From Vibrio phage VspSw_1: 24,000 bases of DNA. Position 1 is the first letter of the stretch. Each line of letters opens with the position of its first letter. Positions 14,445-21,650 of this stretch are shown here, piece after piece. The stretch is taken from the sequence record MH925094.1, one strand, 5' to 3'. The position numbers were made by a program, and so were the translations under genes. The notes under the pieces are model-generated. The model was not told the origin of the DNA and searched no databases. It was given only the letters and a program-made list of their open reading frames with translations.

Positions 14445-14506
14445 GCCCCACTAGTTAGTGGTCTATACTCCGGAGATGGCGGTTCGATTCCGTACGTGGG
14501 GCTGCA
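14445..14506 (+). pseudogene. 62-nt truncated tRNA-like gene
   Basis: GCCCCAC/GTGGGGC acceptor and GCGG-TTCGATT-CCGT T arm, but no D arm, 3' TGCA instead of NCCA. Confidence 0.5.
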
Positions 14507-14521
14507 ATTTAGGAGAACGTA

Positions 14522-14839
14522 ATGGACAGAGACCCAGCATTTCAAGAGTGGCTTGACCGTCAGCCTAAGTGTGACGAGTGCGGTAAACCACAGACCACAC
14601 TACATAAGCATTATGAGCATTGTTCTAAGTACGAGCACATAGTTGACGACCATTACGATTCTGCGTGTATGCGTGGTACGTGTAAGCACTGCTTCCCTAA
14701 CTACGTTGCTAAGGTTACTATGGAAGTTACCGAACAAGAAAAGTCGCTAATAAAAGCACTTAGAGACCCAGGTAGTTCAATGGCTGCTATTTACCACCAC
14801 ATAAAGAAAGTAGCAGCTTTCTTTAAGAAAGTACATTAG
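14522..14839 (+). CDS. Hypothetical protein with CxxC/CxxxH-type metal motifs (105 aa)
   Basis: PKCDECGKP, CMRGTCKHCF; ATG after AGGAG. Confidence 0.7.
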   Translation: MDRDPAFQEWLDRQPKCDECGKPQTTLHKHYEHCSKYEHIVDDHYDSACMRGTCKHCFPNYVAKVTMEVTEQEKSLIKALRDPGSSMAAIYHHIKKVAAFFKKVH

Positions 14840-14872
14840 TTTCAGAACAACAGGAGCACCGCCTAACCGTAG

Positions 14873-14942
14873 GGCTTCTGCTGAAAGACCGTTTAACTGA
14901 GAGCGCTTGCACGGTCGGAGGGGTTAAAGTCCTCAGCAAGCC
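14873..14942 (+). ncRNA. Small tRNA-like RNA candidate
   Basis: GGCTT..GCTG / CAGC-AAGCC ends; GACCGT/ACGGTC 14887-14892/14911-14916; GAGG...CCTC. Confidence 0.35.
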
Positions 14943-14949
14943 AACAAAT

Positions 14950-15084
14950 TATTTTTTGAGCACTCTGTACAGCTAGTCCCTCTCTTGGTTGAGATACTAG
15001 CTCTGTTGGAGTAGTGACCTGAGGAAACCAAAGGCTAGGTTTACACTGAACCCAAGTCTGCGAGGATAGAGTGCTCAAAAAATA
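14950..15084 (+). ncRNA. 135-nt RNA candidate closed by a perfect 17-bp helix
   Basis: TATTTTTTGAGCACTCT/AGAGTGCTCAAAAAATA; internal AGCTAGT...ACTAGCT with TCTC-TTGGTT-GAGA. Confidence 0.6.
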
Positions 15085-15090
15085 AAAAAC

Positions 15091-15178
15091 GGAAGATAAT
15101 CCACAACTGGTGTGTGGGACTCCCTGCTAAGGAGATTGCTTGGAAACGGGTGCAGTTCGATTCTGCTGTCTTCCTCCA
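15091..15178 (+). tRNA. tRNA-Ser(GCT)
   Basis: GGAAGAT/GTCTTCC; CTCC-CTGCTAA-GGAG; long variable arm; CCA. Confidence 0.9.
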
Positions 15179-15185
15179 CTCTACT

Positions 15186-15276
15186 AGAAGATGAGCCCTG
15201 ATGGTGAAGGGGTACGCCTGGAAAGCGTTACGATTGTGGTGACATGGTTTCGGTTCGATTCCGACTTCTTCTGCCA
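15186..15276 (+). tRNA. tRNA-Ser(GGA)
   Basis: AGAAGA/TCTTCT; ACGC-CTGGAAA-GCGT; CGG-TTCGATT-CCG; GCCA. Confidence 0.9.
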
Positions 15277-15299
15277 ATTTGATTTACAAGAGGTGAAAT

Positions 15300-15608
15300 A
15301 TGTTTAAAGGAATTCGTAGATGGTTCCATAAAACTTTCGGTACATGCACTTGGGGAACCCCAATTAAGACCTTTGACTTTGTGCCTGTGGAACACGCTAA
15401 TATTCGATATTGCACCCATGAACTGTGTAACAAAACTTGCACTAAAACAGCAGACCTAGATACTATAGCTAAATACAAAGAAGCCCAAAGAATAGAGCTT
15501 GAAAAGTCTAGGGTAAGTAAGGCAGCGTCGGCAAAGCAGCCAGAGACGGTTGCAGTAGATAAAGCGGCACGTAGAGCAAAGCGGGCACTAAAACGAAATA
15601 AGCCCTAG
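15300..15608 (+). CDS. Hypothetical protein (102 aa)
   Basis: AAGAGGTG RBS-like; MFKGIRRWFHKTFG... Confidence 0.65.
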   Translation: MFKGIRRWFHKTFGTCTWGTPIKTFDFVPVEHANIRYCTHELCNKTCTKTADLDTIAKYKEAQRIELEKSRVSKAASAKQPETVAVDKAARRAKRALKRNKP

Positions 15609-15616
15609 GAGGGATT

Positions 15617-15778
15617 ATGATTTACTGCAAAGACACTCAAGGCTACCTACGCAGAGTAGCATACGGAACCTTCAACCAAAACTGGAGTCTTATACAGAAC
15701 CCTGCTAGAGTTAAAGAAATGCTGAGACAGACTCTAAACATCCACACGAACGGAGCAGTCTTGGTACTTGTCAAATAA
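15617..15778 (+). CDS. Hypothetical small protein (53 aa)
   Basis: AGGAGGG RBS; MIYCKDTQGYLRRVAYGTFNQNWSLIQNPARVKEMLRQTLNIHTNGAVLVLVK. Confidence 0.65.
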   Translation: MIYCKDTQGYLRRVAYGTFNQNWSLIQNPARVKEMLRQTLNIHTNGAVLVLVK

Positions 15779-15784
15779 CCCCCA

Positions 15785-15816
15785 AGGGCGCGAACGAAAG
15801 TTGTCGCCCTATTTTT
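15785..15816 (+). terminator. Rho-independent terminator
   Basis: AGGGCG...CGAAC-GAAA-GTTG...CGCCCT-ATTTTT. Confidence 0.8.
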
Positions 15817-15831
15817 GTATCCGAGGTGTTT

Positions 15832-16119
15832 ATGCCACGATTTAAGAAACGTAATAAAACCTTCCTATCAGAGTCACACGAGGAATTTGGCAGTGTATCC
15901 TGGTATGTTAAGGAAAGAGGTGATTGGGGCTCTGACGTTCAAAGTGAGATTCGCATCACAGACTGTTACAAGGTAGTAACTCTAGACTTTTGTGCAGAAA
16001 GCCCTTCAGACGCTAAAAAGCGCCTAGAAAAGCTAGATACTTTGATTACCGAACTACAAGAAGCTCGAAAAGCCCTACAAGAGTGCGTTGATTTACGCTG
16101 GAACCGTAAATACATTTAA
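15832..16119 (+). CDS. Hypothetical protein (MPRFKKRNKTF...)
   Basis: ATG after GAGGTG. Confidence 0.7.
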   Translation: MPRFKKRNKTFLSESHEEFGSVSWYVKERGDWGSDVQSEIRITDCYKVVTLDFCAESPSDAKKRLEKLDTLITELQEARKALQECVDLRWNRKYI

Positions 16120-16126
16120 TCTTTAC

Positions 16127-16155
16127 TAGCCTTTTGTCCGATTTTTCCGTATAAT
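16127..16155 (+). promoter_or_regulatory. Promoter TAGCCT-N17-TATAAT
   Basis: Boxes at 16127-16132 and 16150-16155. Confidence 0.8.
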
Positions 16156-16186
16156 ACTTGTATAAACTGAAAAGAAGGGATAAAAG

Positions 16187-16459
16187 ATGAGTAACCACGT
16201 AATCCTAAGCAAAGAACTGTACACTAAGGTAATGGAGCAGCTAAATCAGTTCGCTAACTACCGTGACGATTCTGAAGGAGTATTGCAAGGTATTCTGACA
16301 GAAGCAGAAGCGGCAAAGCAAGCCAGCGAAGGCGTAGTCCCTGTACATAGAGAAGACTTATCTACTGTAATTTCCCTAGCAGGTTACGAAGTAGAGTATG
16401 CCGACGAAGAAGACCAGAAAACATACGCTAAGTTAGTAGATTTGACTATAGGAGAGTAG
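16187..16459 (+). CDS. Hypothetical protein (90 aa)
   Basis: ORF after promoter and AGAAGGG. Confidence 0.7.
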   Translation: MSNHVILSKELYTKVMEQLNQFANYRDDSEGVLQGILTEAEAAKQASEGVVPVHREDLSTVISLAGYEVEYADEEDQKTYAKLVDLTIGE

Positions 16460-16462
16460 GCT

Positions 16463-16717
16463 ATGCAAGGGTGTAAAAATTGTCACGAACTTTTAGATGT
16501 ACTATTAGACGAGTGTGACCAATGTGGCAGTACAGACCTGGAACCTGTAGTTGAGTGTGTTCACTGTGGCTGCTGGGTTTCCGAAGACCACGTAGACAGG
16601 GCGGGACTATGCGACTCTCAGGGCAATGACTGTGCCTCTGACCCAGACTTAGTAGATGAGTACGACGGTGAAGCCGTCGATACTATCTTAGCTTTATCTA
16701 AACAACTATTGCGATAG
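16463..16717 (+). CDS. Zinc-ribbon-like protein (84 aa)
   Basis: CKNC..CDQCG...CVHCGCW repeated Cys pairs. Confidence 0.7.
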   Translation: MQGCKNCHELLDVLLDECDQCGSTDLEPVVECVHCGCWVSEDHVDRAGLCDSQGNDCASDPDLVDEYDGEAVDTILALSKQLLR

Positions 16718-16725
16718 GAGTGTGT

Positions 16726-16908
16726 ATGTCTCTAACAGAAGGAAAAATGCGTCAAGTACCTAGGCCACCTAGGCCACCAGGCTTACGGAGTAGAGGGCCA
16801 ACTAGGGAGCAAGCAGTATCTATGGCCTTTACTGTAGGTACAGTAGTAGGTGTAATCCTGGGCATAGTATTTATGTTCGTTGTAACTAGTATAGCAGCTA
16901 TGCAGTAA
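16726..16908 (+). CDS. Small protein with C-terminal transmembrane segment
   Basis: AVSMAFTVGTVVGVILGIVFMFVVTSIAA; ATG after AGGAG. Confidence 0.65.
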   Translation: MSLTEGKMRQVPRPPRPPGLRSRGPTREQAVSMAFTVGTVVGVILGIVFMFVVTSIAAMQ

Positions 16909-16925
16909 ATTATTAAAATCTTTAA

Positions 16926-16954
16926 TAGCTTAGCAGCCCAAATTTCCGTATAAT
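16926..16954 (+). promoter_or_regulatory. Promoter TAGCTT-N17-TATAAT
   Basis: Boxes at 16926-16931 and 16949-16954; ATAAATTGAGAAAAGG downstream. Confidence 0.85.
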
Positions 16955-16984
16955 ATCTGTATAAATTGAGAAAAGGAAACAGAC

Positions 16985-17473
16985 ATGAGCAAGGCACTTT
17001 ACGATTTAGTTGACCAAATCTCTGACATGGATGACGAAGTCCATGAAATGCTACCAGGCTATATTAAAGATTTTAATACTATGCTGCTAGTAGAGCCTAT
17101 TATGGCTCTGGCAGATACCAAGGCACTAGAGCTTAAGTATCGTAAACAGCTAGTTTATCTCTTTAGAGAAGAGCTAGACTCTTGGAACTGCATTCCAGAG
17201 TACACGGGAGAGTATCTACTATCTTTCAGTAGAGACCGAGTTTGCTATGCCGAAAAGCAGGTTAAGCTGACTAAGTACGTAGGGGACTGTAAGGAAACCC
17301 TGTCAATACCAATCTTTTCGTTCGAGAAGCTGCGTAAGGTACAGGATGAAGCTTATCGCATTGTGAACTCGTTAAATGCGGAATATGCTACTGAACAGTC
17401 TAGTAAGGCCGCTTTGGAGAAAGAAAAACGTCGCCAACAGTTCGAAAAGCTAAAACGAGAATTCGGAGAGTAA
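16985..17473 (+). CDS. Hypothetical protein (162 aa)
   Basis: ATG after AAAAGGA. Confidence 0.75.
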   Translation: MSKALYDLVDQISDMDDEVHEMLPGYIKDFNTMLLVEPIMALADTKALELKYRKQLVYLFREELDSWNCIPEYTGEYLLSFSRDRVCYAEKQVKLTKYVGDCKETLSIPIFSFEKLRKVQDEAYRIVNSLNAEYATEQSSKAALEKEKRRQQFEKLKREFGE

Positions 17474-17475
17474 TC

Positions 17476-17709
17476 ATGTCAAAAACAGTAATTGATACTG
17501 AAACCTTAGAGAAGATTCTGACCCTTGGTAAAGTAGCCTCTCTAGTTATGTTGGCTTCCAAAGATATGGTAGCACATCATGGAGCAGAGTCCTTGCTCTC
17601 ACAGGGAGAGCAGGCTATTAAGGACAGCATGGGTCTTCGTATCTTCACTAAAGAAGAAGTAGCCGCATTAGAAAAGCATTTCGACCTCGGAGCATTCTTC
17701 GAGGAATAG
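17476..17709 (+). CDS. Hypothetical protein (77 aa)
   Basis: ORF immediately after the preceding stop. Confidence 0.7.
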   Translation: MSKTVIDTETLEKILTLGKVASLVMLASKDMVAHHGAESLLSQGEQAIKDSMGLRIFTKEEVAALEKHFDLGAFFEE

Positions 17710-17717
17710 CAGACAAA

Positions 17718-17793
17718 GGGCGATACGCTGAAGACTCGAAGCGCGGGATTGCAAACTCCGTCTTAGTGGGTGGGAGTCCCACATTGCCCTCCA
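17718..17793 (+). tRNA. tRNA-Cys(GCA)
   Basis: GGGCGAT/ATTGCCC; CGGGA-TTGCAAA-CTCCG; T arm GTGGG-TGGGAGT-CCCAC (atypical loop); CCA. Confidence 0.85.
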
Positions 17794-17807
17794 GATAAGG
17801 TAAGAAA

Positions 17808-17963
17808 ATGCCAAAAAATAGAGCAGAAAAGAACGGTCTAGGAGTATGGGTATGTAAGCCCGTAAAAGAGGAAGAAGACTGGTTCTCCAAGCACGATAGC
17901 TTTATAAAGGGTGCTATCTTAGGTGCCTCAGCAATGTATATACTAGCCCTATTCCTATTTTAG
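17808..17963 (+). CDS. Small membrane protein (51 aa)
   Basis: MPKNRAEKNGLGVWVCKPVKEEEDWFSKHDSFIKGAILGASAMYILALFLF. Confidence 0.55.
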   Translation: MPKNRAEKNGLGVWVCKPVKEEEDWFSKHDSFIKGAILGASAMYILALFLF

Positions 17964-17985
17964 AAACTACTCTTTGGAGAGCACA

Positions 17986-18387
17986 ATGAAAGAAGTTATT
18001 TTAAAAGCCGGCTATACCCTTAAAATAGTATCTTGGGAAAACGACGCTGACTTCTACAATACCAAAACCTATCACGTAGAGGACGAGAATTGGGCTATTA
18101 TTTTAAAGCATATCTGTGAGAACTTACTATGCTCTCGATACTCTAGCTCTAGTGACTACGGAGTAGGTAATACTAACCTATCTAGTAGCGACAGTGCTAA
18201 TAGAGTAGCAGAGTATTTTAAAACCTATGGTATTCCAGAACACGTTCCAGAAGACGAACTTCTTGAATGGCTACACGACCTATCCTACGATTTAGTAGGT
18301 AGCTCCTACGAAAGTGATTGTATACGAGTATGTGAGTCGTGTAAAGTCTTGTACACTCCAGTTGATATTGAGGTAGAAACTCTATAA
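17986..18387 (+). CDS. Hypothetical protein (MKEVILKAGYTLKIV...)
   Basis: ATG after TTGGAGAG. Confidence 0.7.
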   Translation: MKEVILKAGYTLKIVSWENDADFYNTKTYHVEDENWAIILKHICENLLCSRYSSSSDYGVGNTNLSSSDSANRVAEYFKTYGIPEHVPEDELLEWLHDLSYDLVGSSYESDCIRVCESCKVLYTPVDIEVETL

Positions 18388-18414
18388 CAATCTGCCGAAG
18401 CCTTTACTAGGCTT

Positions 18415-18589
18415 CACATTTAAGCACTCTTGAACGCTAAGGACGTGAGACACCCTTAGCATACGGAAATCCGGTATCCACTACAGGGTCTCAACGGCGG
18501 TGGGTTAAAGGCTCCTATAATAGCGGCTGGAGCGATGCCATGGGAAGTAGCTATCCCTAAGAGCTGACTGTGTAGAGTGCTTAAATGTG
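18415..18589 (+). ncRNA. 175-nt RNA candidate closed by a perfect 16-bp helix
   Basis: CACATTTAAGCACTCT/AGAGTGCTTAAATGTG; internal GCTAAGG/CCTTAGC hairpin. Confidence 0.6.
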
Positions 18590-18663
18590 ACGTTGGCTGA
18601 TGTGGAAATGGCTCCGGGTTGTGATTCCGGATAATGCGGGTTCGAACCCCGTACGTCACCCCA
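18587..18663 (+). tRNA. tRNA-His(GTG)
   Basis: GTGACGT/ACGTCAC; CCGGG-TTGTGAT-TCCGG; C73, CCA. Confidence 0.92.
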
Positions 18664-18670
18664 AATTATC

Positions 18671-18818
18671 GCAGTACCGGCTTCTGAACGCTGCTCGACA
18701 GAACATCGTCGAATAGATAAGGCAAAACGGCGTGAAGTGACTCCACGTAAATCGATTTCTAGGCGTCCGAGTCTATGGTGGTAAATTCCTATAGTCGACA
18801 ATGGGTTCCACCACAACC
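18671..18818 (+). ncRNA. Structured interval ending AACCA
   Basis: CGTG-AAGTGACTC-CACG; GTGGT...ACCAC; no ORF. Confidence 0.3.
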
Positions 18819-18869
18819 AATTAACCAACTAACCAAAGAACTAATCAAGTTAACTTATATAGGATTAAT

Positions 18870-19124
18870 ATGTTTTCAATAAAACTATTTCTGCCTTCTG
18901 AGAAAGATAAGTCTATGTCTGAGTCAGCAGGAGTATCCGCAGTTTACTATGCTACTAAGCCGGAGTACACTCAGGATGACCAATTTGTACATCATGTTTT
19001 TGAGTGCGAAGATGTCAACGGGGGTAAATACTACTGGCCACTAACCCAAGGTACTAGGGTTTACGTAGAGAACTCAGCAGGTAAAACAATAGCCCATTTC
19101 TATGGTGGTGGCCCTATCGACTAG
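18870..19124 (+). CDS. Hypothetical protein (84 aa)
   Basis: ORF track; ATG start. Confidence 0.6.
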   Translation: MFSIKLFLPSEKDKSMSESAGVSAVYYATKPEYTQDDQFVHHVFECEDVNGGKYYWPLTQGTRVYVENSAGKTIAHFYGGGPID

Positions 19125-19203
19125 GGTACATATTAAAACCCTCCGAAGTACTAGAGGGTTTTCACATGTAACCGACTAACTATATTACTTTATAAGGATT
19201 GAT

Positions 19204-19458
19204 ATGTTTAAACTATTAATTAAATTCCCTCTAGTACGAAAAATCTACCGAGCTTTCGTGCCCCTTCAAACATCTGACAGCCTAGCTGAGCAGTTTACTG
19301 GTAAGTTCAAACGTGTGGTTCAGGAGCAGAATGAAATTGCTAAGGAGTACACCCGTAAAGAAGTAGAGGCGAATACCCGCCGAGTAGCAGCAGAAAAAGA
19401 AGCCGCTCGTGCAGCTAAAGCCGCAAAGAACTTCCAAGACATGCTGGAGAAAGACTAA
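19204..19458 (+). CDS. Hypothetical protein (84 aa), N-terminal hydrophobic, charged coiled-coil tail
   Basis: MFKLLIKFPLVRKIYRAFV... then E/K/A-rich helix. Confidence 0.65.
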   Translation: MFKLLIKFPLVRKIYRAFVPLQTSDSLAEQFTGKFKRVVQEQNEIAKEYTRKEVEANTRRVAAEKEAARAAKAAKNFQDMLEKD

Positions 19459-19489
19459 ATTCTCAGTAAGCCCCTTTGTAATAAATAAG

Positions 19490-19624
19490 ATGTCAATACG
19501 GCTTCTAATTATAGAGACCAGACGACTTCTTCTTGTTACAAAAAATCCCGTCTACCTCAAAAGGCTAGAGGTAGACCTAAAGAACTACTTAGCCATACAA
19601 AATCTACTAGAGCAAGGAGATTAG
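19490..19624 (+). CDS. Hypothetical small protein (44 aa)
   Basis: MSIRLLIIETRRLLLVTKNPVYLKRLEVDLKNYLAIQNLLEQGD. Confidence 0.4.
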   Translation: MSIRLLIIETRRLLLVTKNPVYLKRLEVDLKNYLAIQNLLEQGD

Positions 19625-19625
19625 A

Positions 19626-19820
19626 ATGCCTCTATTTAAAGGTACGGTACTAAGCGAAAAGTTCGGCGCTAAAATCGAACTACTTTCCCCAGTTAAAAAC
19701 GGCTGTGCAGTCGTTCGAGTACTGGAAGTTGGCGAGATGCTAGAAGGCGTCAACAAGAATCAAGTTGTAAAAGACTTTGCAGTTACTTTTGGCGTTCTAC
19801 GCTTCACTCCTGTAAAGTAA
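19626..19820 (+). CDS. Hypothetical protein (64 aa)
   Basis: ATG after AAGGAG. Confidence 0.65.
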   Translation: MPLFKGTVLSEKFGAKIELLSPVKNGCAVVRVLEVGEMLEGVNKNQVVKDFAVTFGVLRFTPVK

Positions 19821-19828
19821 TACCTACG

Positions 19829-19914
19829 CGGGGTGTCCCCACATCTCCCTTCTAAGGAGATAGCGTATAAAAGTGGGAAGGAGCTGAGGGGTTCGATTCC
19901 TCCACCCTGTTCCA
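19829..19914 (+). tRNA. tRNA-Arg(TCT), D-arm not detectable
   Basis: GCGGGGT/ACCCTGT; TCTCC-CTTCTAA-GGAGA; TTCGATT T loop; CCA; TCCCAC/GTGGGA flank the anticodon stem. Confidence 0.8.
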
Positions 19915-19923
19915 ATACTAACT

Positions 19924-19948
19924 AACCCTGACCTGTTCAGGGTTTTTT
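19924..19948 (+). terminator. Rho-independent terminator closing the tRNA region
   Basis: AACCCTGA-CCTGT-TCAGGGTT-TTTT. Confidence 0.88.
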
Positions 19949-19953
19949 ATTAT

Positions 19954-19982
19954 TTGTCAAAAAGCTATAATTACGTTATAAT
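19954..19982 (+). promoter_or_regulatory. Promoter TTGTCA-N17-TATAAT
   Basis: Boxes at 19954-19959 and 19977-19982. Confidence 0.8.
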
Positions 19983-20021
19983 ACTTTGTAACAATAGATA
20001 ATGACTTAGAGGAAATAGATA

Positions 20022-20681
20022 ATGTATGTAATTTCAGGCGATGCCGGAGCTGGCAAAGATACCGTAGGTGCGATGTTAGCGGAAGAACTAAAGGTAGGAA
20101 CTTATGCCTTGGCTAACCCTATCAAAGCACTACTAAAAGCTCTGTTCAATATTCCAGAACACCAAATGGAAGACCGAGCGTACAAAGAAATGGAGCTAAC
20201 GTACCATGTAGACGTTACTAGCCTAGAAGAAGCAGGAATGCTATATAACGAACTAGGGCTAGATAAGTATCAAGAGTTCCATGATGCTTGGGAAGAGTGG
20301 ATTGCACTATTCGGACTAGAAGAAAGTGGAGAGTCTATGACTACCTTCCGCTCCCTACGTAATTTAATGCAGTTGCTAGGTACAGAGTGGGGTCGTGCCA
20401 AATCGGACACGATTTGGTTAGACCTAGCCCCTGAGAGCCAAATTATCACAGACGCGCGTTTTGACAACGAAGCCCAGTACTTTAAAAATAAAAACTACCG
20501 AGTAATCGAAGTTGTACTCCCTGGGTTAGAGAAAATACCATCATCTGGCCACGCGTCCGAAGCGGGAATTTGCCCTAGCCTTATTGATACCGTTCTAATC
20601 AACGACGGTAATCTTCTAGACTTACGAACCAAAGCTATTACTATAGCTGCTAACGGAGATGGCCCGTTAGGTGTATTATAA
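20022..20681 (+). CDS. Deoxynucleoside monophosphate kinase (T5 Dmk-like)
   Basis: P-loop ISGDAGAGKDTVGAML; T5-like context. Confidence 0.85.
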   Translation: MYVISGDAGAGKDTVGAMLAEELKVGTYALANPIKALLKALFNIPEHQMEDRAYKEMELTYHVDVTSLEEAGMLYNELGLDKYQEFHDAWEEWIALFGLEESGESMTTFRSLRNLMQLLGTEWGRAKSDTIWLDLAPESQIITDARFDNEAQYFKNKNYRVIEVVLPGLEKIPSSGHASEAGICPSLIDTVLINDGNLLDLRTKAITIAANGDGPLGVL

Positions 20682-20684
20682 CCC

Positions 20685-20710
20685 AAAGCCCGCCAAGTGC
20701 GGGCTTTTTT
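20685..20710 (+). terminator. Rho-independent terminator
   Basis: AAAGCCCG-CCAAGTG-CGGGCTTTTTT. Confidence 0.9.
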
Positions 20711-20771
20711 GCGTGCAACGAAAGCCACACTCATCATTCGAGGTATGTCAAGCGATAATTTTAATCTATAG

Positions 20772-20800
20772 TTGACACCATCCCCATATATAGGTATACT
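20772..20800 (+). promoter_or_regulatory. Consensus sigma70-like promoter TTGACA-N17-TATACT
   Basis: Boxes at 20772-20777 and 20795-20800; drives lysis genes. Confidence 0.85.
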
Positions 20801-20860
20801 GTCAAGGTAGGGTTACAAATTTAAAGACCAGTAACTAACTGGTATATGGGAATTTTGCCA

Positions 20861-21292
20861 ATGAATTGGAAAACAGTAGTTATCAATGCTGCTATCCCAA
20901 TACTATTAACTTTATCAGTAAACTGGGTTCTAGAGCAGGGCAGTGCCGACAAAGCCTTGGAACTCAAGTATAGCGAGTTGGCTTCTAAAGTGCAGGTATT
21001 AGAGGACGCAGCTAAAGGTACAAAAATAGATATAAAAACCTATAGCTTAGAGATAAATTCTCTTAGAGAAAGGATGCTAAAGGTGGAGGGCGACATCAAT
21101 CGCTTAAAGCTAGATGTTAATGCAGCCCCCAACATTCATAGAATACGACAAGATATAGAGTCTATAAAAGAGGATATAGATGTTTTAACTGTCGGAAGAG
21201 GCAACAGTACCGCGCTACTCAGCTCCATAAGGCTCCAGCTAAGTGGAATTGAGGGTAAGTTGTCAATTATAGAACAAGAGGTATTTAAATGA
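20861..21292 (+). CDS. Single N-terminal TM plus coiled-coil protein; holin or i-spanin candidate
   Basis: MNWKTVVINAAIPILLTLSVNWVLE then long heptad-rich region; upstream of endolysin. Confidence 0.55.
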   Translation: MNWKTVVINAAIPILLTLSVNWVLEQGSADKALELKYSELASKVQVLEDAAKGTKIDIKTYSLEINSLRERMLKVEGDINRLKLDVNAAPNIHRIRQDIESIKEDIDVLTVGRGNSTALLSSIRLQLSGIEGKLSIIEQEVFK

Positions 21293-21633
21293 TTAAAGCT
21301 ATCGTACTAGCGTTAGTGTTTCTATGTGCTCCTGTCTTAGGTGAACAATGTAGTGAACTAACAAAGGTAGAGCCTAATCATCTACCTGAATATCAAGCTT
21401 ACCAAGAAAGTCTTCAGGAACAGCTTAATGCAGGAATTCCAGAGGATAAATTCAATTATTACTGCATCAATAATGTAGAATATCAGATTAGTACAGTGTC
21501 TGTAATACCAGAGTACCAGAAGGAACAGGAAATGGTAGTAGAGATATTTGAACAACTAGAAAGGGCATCTGACCTTACTGATAGAATACTAGACGTAGTA
21601 CCTATTAACAAGCTAGCCAAGAGCGAGGAGTGA
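21289..21633 (+). CDS. Signal-peptide-containing protein (114 aa), lysis-associated candidate
   Basis: MIKAIVLALVFLCAPVLGEQC; ATGA overlap with the upstream gene. Confidence 0.55.
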   Translation: MIKAIVLALVFLCAPVLGEQCSELTKVEPNHLPEYQAYQESLQEQLNAGIPEDKFNYYCINNVEYQISTVSVIPEYQKEQEMVVEIFEQLERASDLTDRILDVVPINKLAKSEE

Positions 21634-21650
21634 TTGCTGGAAACTTATAG

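Noticed and set aside
14950-15084. Simple transcription terminator interpretation of the 17-bp inverted repeat
   Set aside because: The arms are separated by about 100 nt of additional structured sequence; the U/A-rich arm could still contribute to termination but does not explain the whole element.
8522-15419. Minus-strand ORFs at 8522-8782, 10360-10581, 10893-11102, 11071-11373, 12326-12553, 15041-15277, 15228-15419 and similar
   Set aside because: They run antisense through tRNA genes and show the typical artefact peptides (GFEPT, GLEPPF, NRTETMS-like); no RBS or context on the minus strand.
7700-19950. CRISPR array or retron
   Set aside because: No regularly spaced identical direct repeats, no cas or reverse transcriptase ORF; repeated features are tRNAs and promoters.
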